From: an uncultured Nitrospinota bacterium
GTDB lineage: Bacteria; Tectomicrobia; Entotheonellia; J063; CAVPRW01
DNA: 64,000 nucleotides
Assembly (NCBI GenBank): GCA_963707985.1
Contig: CAVPRW010000023.1
Location: forward strand, 64,001 to 128,000
Direction: 5' to 3'
The notes beneath the pieces were generated by a model that had not been told where the DNA came from, made no database searches, and worked only from the letters and a program-made list of their open reading frames with translations. Positions 60,619 to 64,000 of this stretch are shown here, piece by piece; the stretch's first letter is position 1; each line of letters opens with the position of its first letter. The position numbers and the translations under genes are program-made.

Positions 60619-62300
60619 CTCGATTCTCAAGTTTTTTCAGGTTGACAACACGGGCATGTTCCGCATGACCTCATCCGCTCGATACTTCAAGGAAGGGGTC
60701 GGTTCAAGTCGCCCCAATTGACGCTGGATCATATGCTTTTTGGAACGGCCGAAGGCAAACACCTCGTGTAAGGCGTGCGTGAAGCGATGCAGTTGCTCCT
60801 GAGGAGTCGTCAGACGACACGAGGTCGTTCGATGACGTCGACCAGACACTCCACTTGCACGTGTGCTCGTAGACTCCCCACGGTATACGCAGGCAGGTTG
60901 TTTTTAAGCTGGGCGTGTTGGTCGGGATGAAAGAAGAGCGCATGATCAACCAGCAGGCTCAGGATCACGCTGTGGCGTGCGCCCTCTTCGCCGGGCTGCT
61001 TGGTCAACTGGCTCCAGCCTTCATACGACTTCCAGTCCTGGATAAACACCTCGACGAGCCACCTCAGCGTCTGGCCTTGGACAATATCGAGCGTGCGCCA
61101 GGTCAGGTCTGACGCGATCAGATAGCGGTAGGTGTCTTCGCCCTCGTATTTCAGCGCCACGACGAACCGTTTGGTTTTGTGGGCACAGACGTATAACCGT
61201 GCACTGCCGACGATGGCGACCATCTCTTGCCCCCCACGGATGCGGATGGTGTGCGGGGTCCCCGGATGGGTGGCAAAATAGTCTGCGACGTGCTGCTCAC
61301 GCTTATGCCGGCGGACTTTCTGATTGCTGCGGATTTGCGAGATCACCTGCACGCCACCGAACATCGCCGAGGCGCCATCGACAAAGGGCGCCGTGCCATA
61401 GAGGGCATCCGCCGTGATACAGTGGACCTGGAAGTCGGGATGTTGCGTCTTGAACTGGGCGAGCAAGGCAGGGCGAGTGCTTGTTTGGTGGGATAGAGCG
61501 GATTGGCAGGCGGTTGAGGCGGCCGCTGCTGTTTGGGGACGCCTTGCTTCTTGAGGGCCTTGTCCTGCTTATACCACGCGCTCAGCTCGGGGGCGGGCTG
61601 ATAGAAGGCAAAGCCCACGGGGAGGGAGATTTTGGGGGTGACCAACACGAGAAAGACCAGGCTTTGTCCCCAGACATAGCCGCCACTTTCTTTATCGCGC
61701 AGTTTGTAGAGATGGGCGAGCGTTTGGGCCGATTTGGAGCGTTGGTTGTCCGTATCGTCAATGACGAGGCTCCCAGAGTGTCAGGCCATAGTGGCGCAGG
61801 ATGACTCGCACACTCGCCACCAAGAGCTCGTCCCAGGGAATCTTGCTGTGTCGAAACATCCAGGACAGAGCCGCCAGCGAATAGCTGCCGAGGCTGGCAC
61901 GTTCAAAGCGTGCCCAGCAGATGGAGTTGGTGACCAGAACGGCGGTGACACAAAACGCGAGCCAGGCACGCTGCATGGTGGACATGCCGTCGCTCGGACT
62001 CTGCGCGCGAATCGCCTCGTCAACGGCGTCGACAAAGGCGCTGCACAAAGGGTGCAGGCTTTCCAAGCACCATCGCGGTCTCCATGGACATGCGGATGAG
62101 TGACACATACCATAGAGACTGTATCGACGTTTTGCATCTGACGTCAATGGCGAGGACATCGTACAATAGGATGACGGTAGCTGGCCGGGCGGTCTACCGA
62201 GGAAGGATGGTGCAAGCGCGCTATCTGGAGCTGGATCGGTCGACACAGCTACCGCTCTCACCTTGATGAAACGTCAAGATCAAAAAACTTGAGTCCTGAG
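60619..62300 (-). mobile_element. IS element (IS4/IS701-like DDE transposase, frameshifted) with terminal inverted repeats
   Basis: LVIDDTD, ADALYG, RWLVEVFIQDWK; CTCGATTCTCAAGTTTTTT at 60619 matches the reverse complement of 62282-62300 at 15/19. Confidence 0.8.
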
Positions 62301-62380
62301 ATTCCAACCTAAGAAGAAGCCTTGATCGACGTTCCACTTTCCTCTAGAGCTGAGAAACGTTCAGGAGCGGGAGGGGGACG

Positions 62381-64000
62381 ATGCCACACACACGAGACGA
62401 GAGCACAGAAAACCTGGGCGCACGATGGTGTTGGCAGGTCGCCCGCCGTGATGAGGCGCGTGTGGCGCGACGGCTGTACCGCACGCCAGTGGTCGATGGC
62501 GTCTACCGGCTGGACGCAGGGGCGGTGCTGGATGAGTTCTTCCACTTCCTGCAGGCGTGTGGCGTGATGGCAGTGCTGGAGCAGCGCCGCGGTGCAGCCA
62601 TTGACCGGGTGAGGGGGCCCTTCGTGCAGTATGTGTTGCTGTACGGGCTCAAGACCCTCTTTGGCATGGAGCGCATCAATGCCCTGCCGGCGCTGTTGTG
62701 GAGTGATGAGGCTGTCATGCGCCTGGTGGGGTGCAAGGCCCAGCAGGTCCGCCAGGGGGTCTGCCAACGGGGGAGGACCAAGCGCCAGGGGGAGCGGACT
62801 CCCGGTCCGATGGGTCCAGATACCCTGGCCCACAACATGGTGCCGTGCCACTGGCGCGATCTGGACGCCTTGTTCAACGGGGTGATTCGGGCCTTGGCCA
62901 AGGGTGGGGTCTTTGGCAAGCGGGTGCCTGGTATGGCCGATGGCACCGCTCTGGAGACGACCGAACGCGATCAGGGCTGTGGCCAGGCGACCCGCAAGCG
63001 GCGCCTCAAGGACAAGCGGGGCAAGATGCACGAGATCGAGGTCACGGTCTACGGCTGGCAAGCGCTCCTCCGGATCGAGGCCGTGACGAAGATGCCCCTG
63101 GCCGTCAACGTGGTGCAGATTCAGGAGCACGAGGCGCTCTGGACCCGCGCCTGGGTGACCCAGGCGCGGGCCAATGTGGCTGGCTAGGCGTGCCTGTACA
63201 CGGTCGTCTTTGATCGGGGCTTGTTGGCGGGCACCGACCTGTGGTGGCTGGCGCAGCAGGGGATCCGTGTTGTGGGGCCGGCCAAAGAGCACAGGGCCGT
63301 GACGGCGGATGCCCGGGCGCTCGCGGCGGCGGGCGAGGGGGGGACGGTCGGCCATCGAGTCCACCTGGGCCGCCATGGGCAAGGCCGCACGGCGTCTCGC
63401 GAGCGGCTGGAACCGGCGGTGGTCGGGATCACGGGGCTGACGACGGATGAGCCGTAGGGGACGGAGGCACACGGGCGTCACCACCATCGGCGCGACTTCG
63501 AGCCCAACCCGATCCATGTGGTCGTCGTCCGCACATGGCAGGGGAGGGACGATGGGCCGGGGGGCAACACGGTGTTCCTGACCAAGGCCTCCGTGCCGCA
63601 GCCCTGGCAGCCGTGTGATGATGATGATGACCGCAGCCTCATGGAGAACTGCTGTAGCAAGGAAGCCAAACAGCCGTGGGACTTGCAACATCCACCGCAG
63701 AAAACCGCGCGGGCCGTGCGGGTCCATGTGCCGTTGACCCTGCTGATGTTCGCCCTGGCGACCGCGTACCGGCTGCCGCGTGAACGGGCAGCCCTGGGAG
63801 CGGAATCGGTGGGCTGGCAGCGCTGGCGACGCCAGCTCCAGGAGCAAAACCGGGACCAGCTGATCGTGTGTGCCCGAGGGTATGACGGCATCTTTCCTGT
63901 GGCGGAGTACTCTCTGCTCTTGGGGGTCAAGCTTAAGGATGTGCCCCCAGGGATCGGCACCCTGCCAGCAATCCTGGCGAGGTATAGGCTCACCGCTCAT
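62381..64000 (+). mobile_element. degraded DDE (IS4-superfamily-like) transposase
   Basis: ADGTALET, VYGWQ, VFDRGL, DDRSLMEN..KEAKQ; internal TAG stops. Confidence 0.75.

Noticed and set aside
62309..64000. 563-aa minus-strand ORF
   Set aside because: Antisense to a degraded plus-strand transposase; low-complexity R/P/A-rich translation.

Overview
GC-rich bacterial accessory region with no rRNA, tRNA or CRISPR array detected by eye. Gene content (amidohydrolase paralogues, Sec-codon genes, dense IS remnants) resembles Tectomicrobia/Entotheonella-like genomes, which is a weak inference. Layout: (1) 1-6.7 kb, minus-strand run of a DUF4118-PAS-PAS-PP2C-RsbW fusion, a STAS protein, glycogen phosphorylase and a divergent N-ATPase-like atpD. 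(2) 7.9-17.4 kb, a CNNM gene, a truncated amt, two atypical PII genes flanking an uncharacterised 472-aa GT-A-like protein, a GT4 and an amylo-alpha-1,6-glucosidase, plus a 67-bp non-coding element in three ungapped copies. (3) A cNMP-domain Na+/H+ antiporter, IS remnants and catabolic genes. (4) A two-domain NrtS-like protein, a toxin-antitoxin pair with a visible operator, and a DUF5985 triad. (5) ClC, then an ECF sigma/anti-sigma-led redox/sugar cluster ending in two probable selenoprotein genes (in-frame UGA in UxxC). (6) Tn3/IS debris, pyrimidine catabolism genes and decayed defence-like genes. Many genes carry single-base frameshifts (probably partly sequencing error) and several are internally deleted. 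All family calls come from motif recognition; no searches were run.
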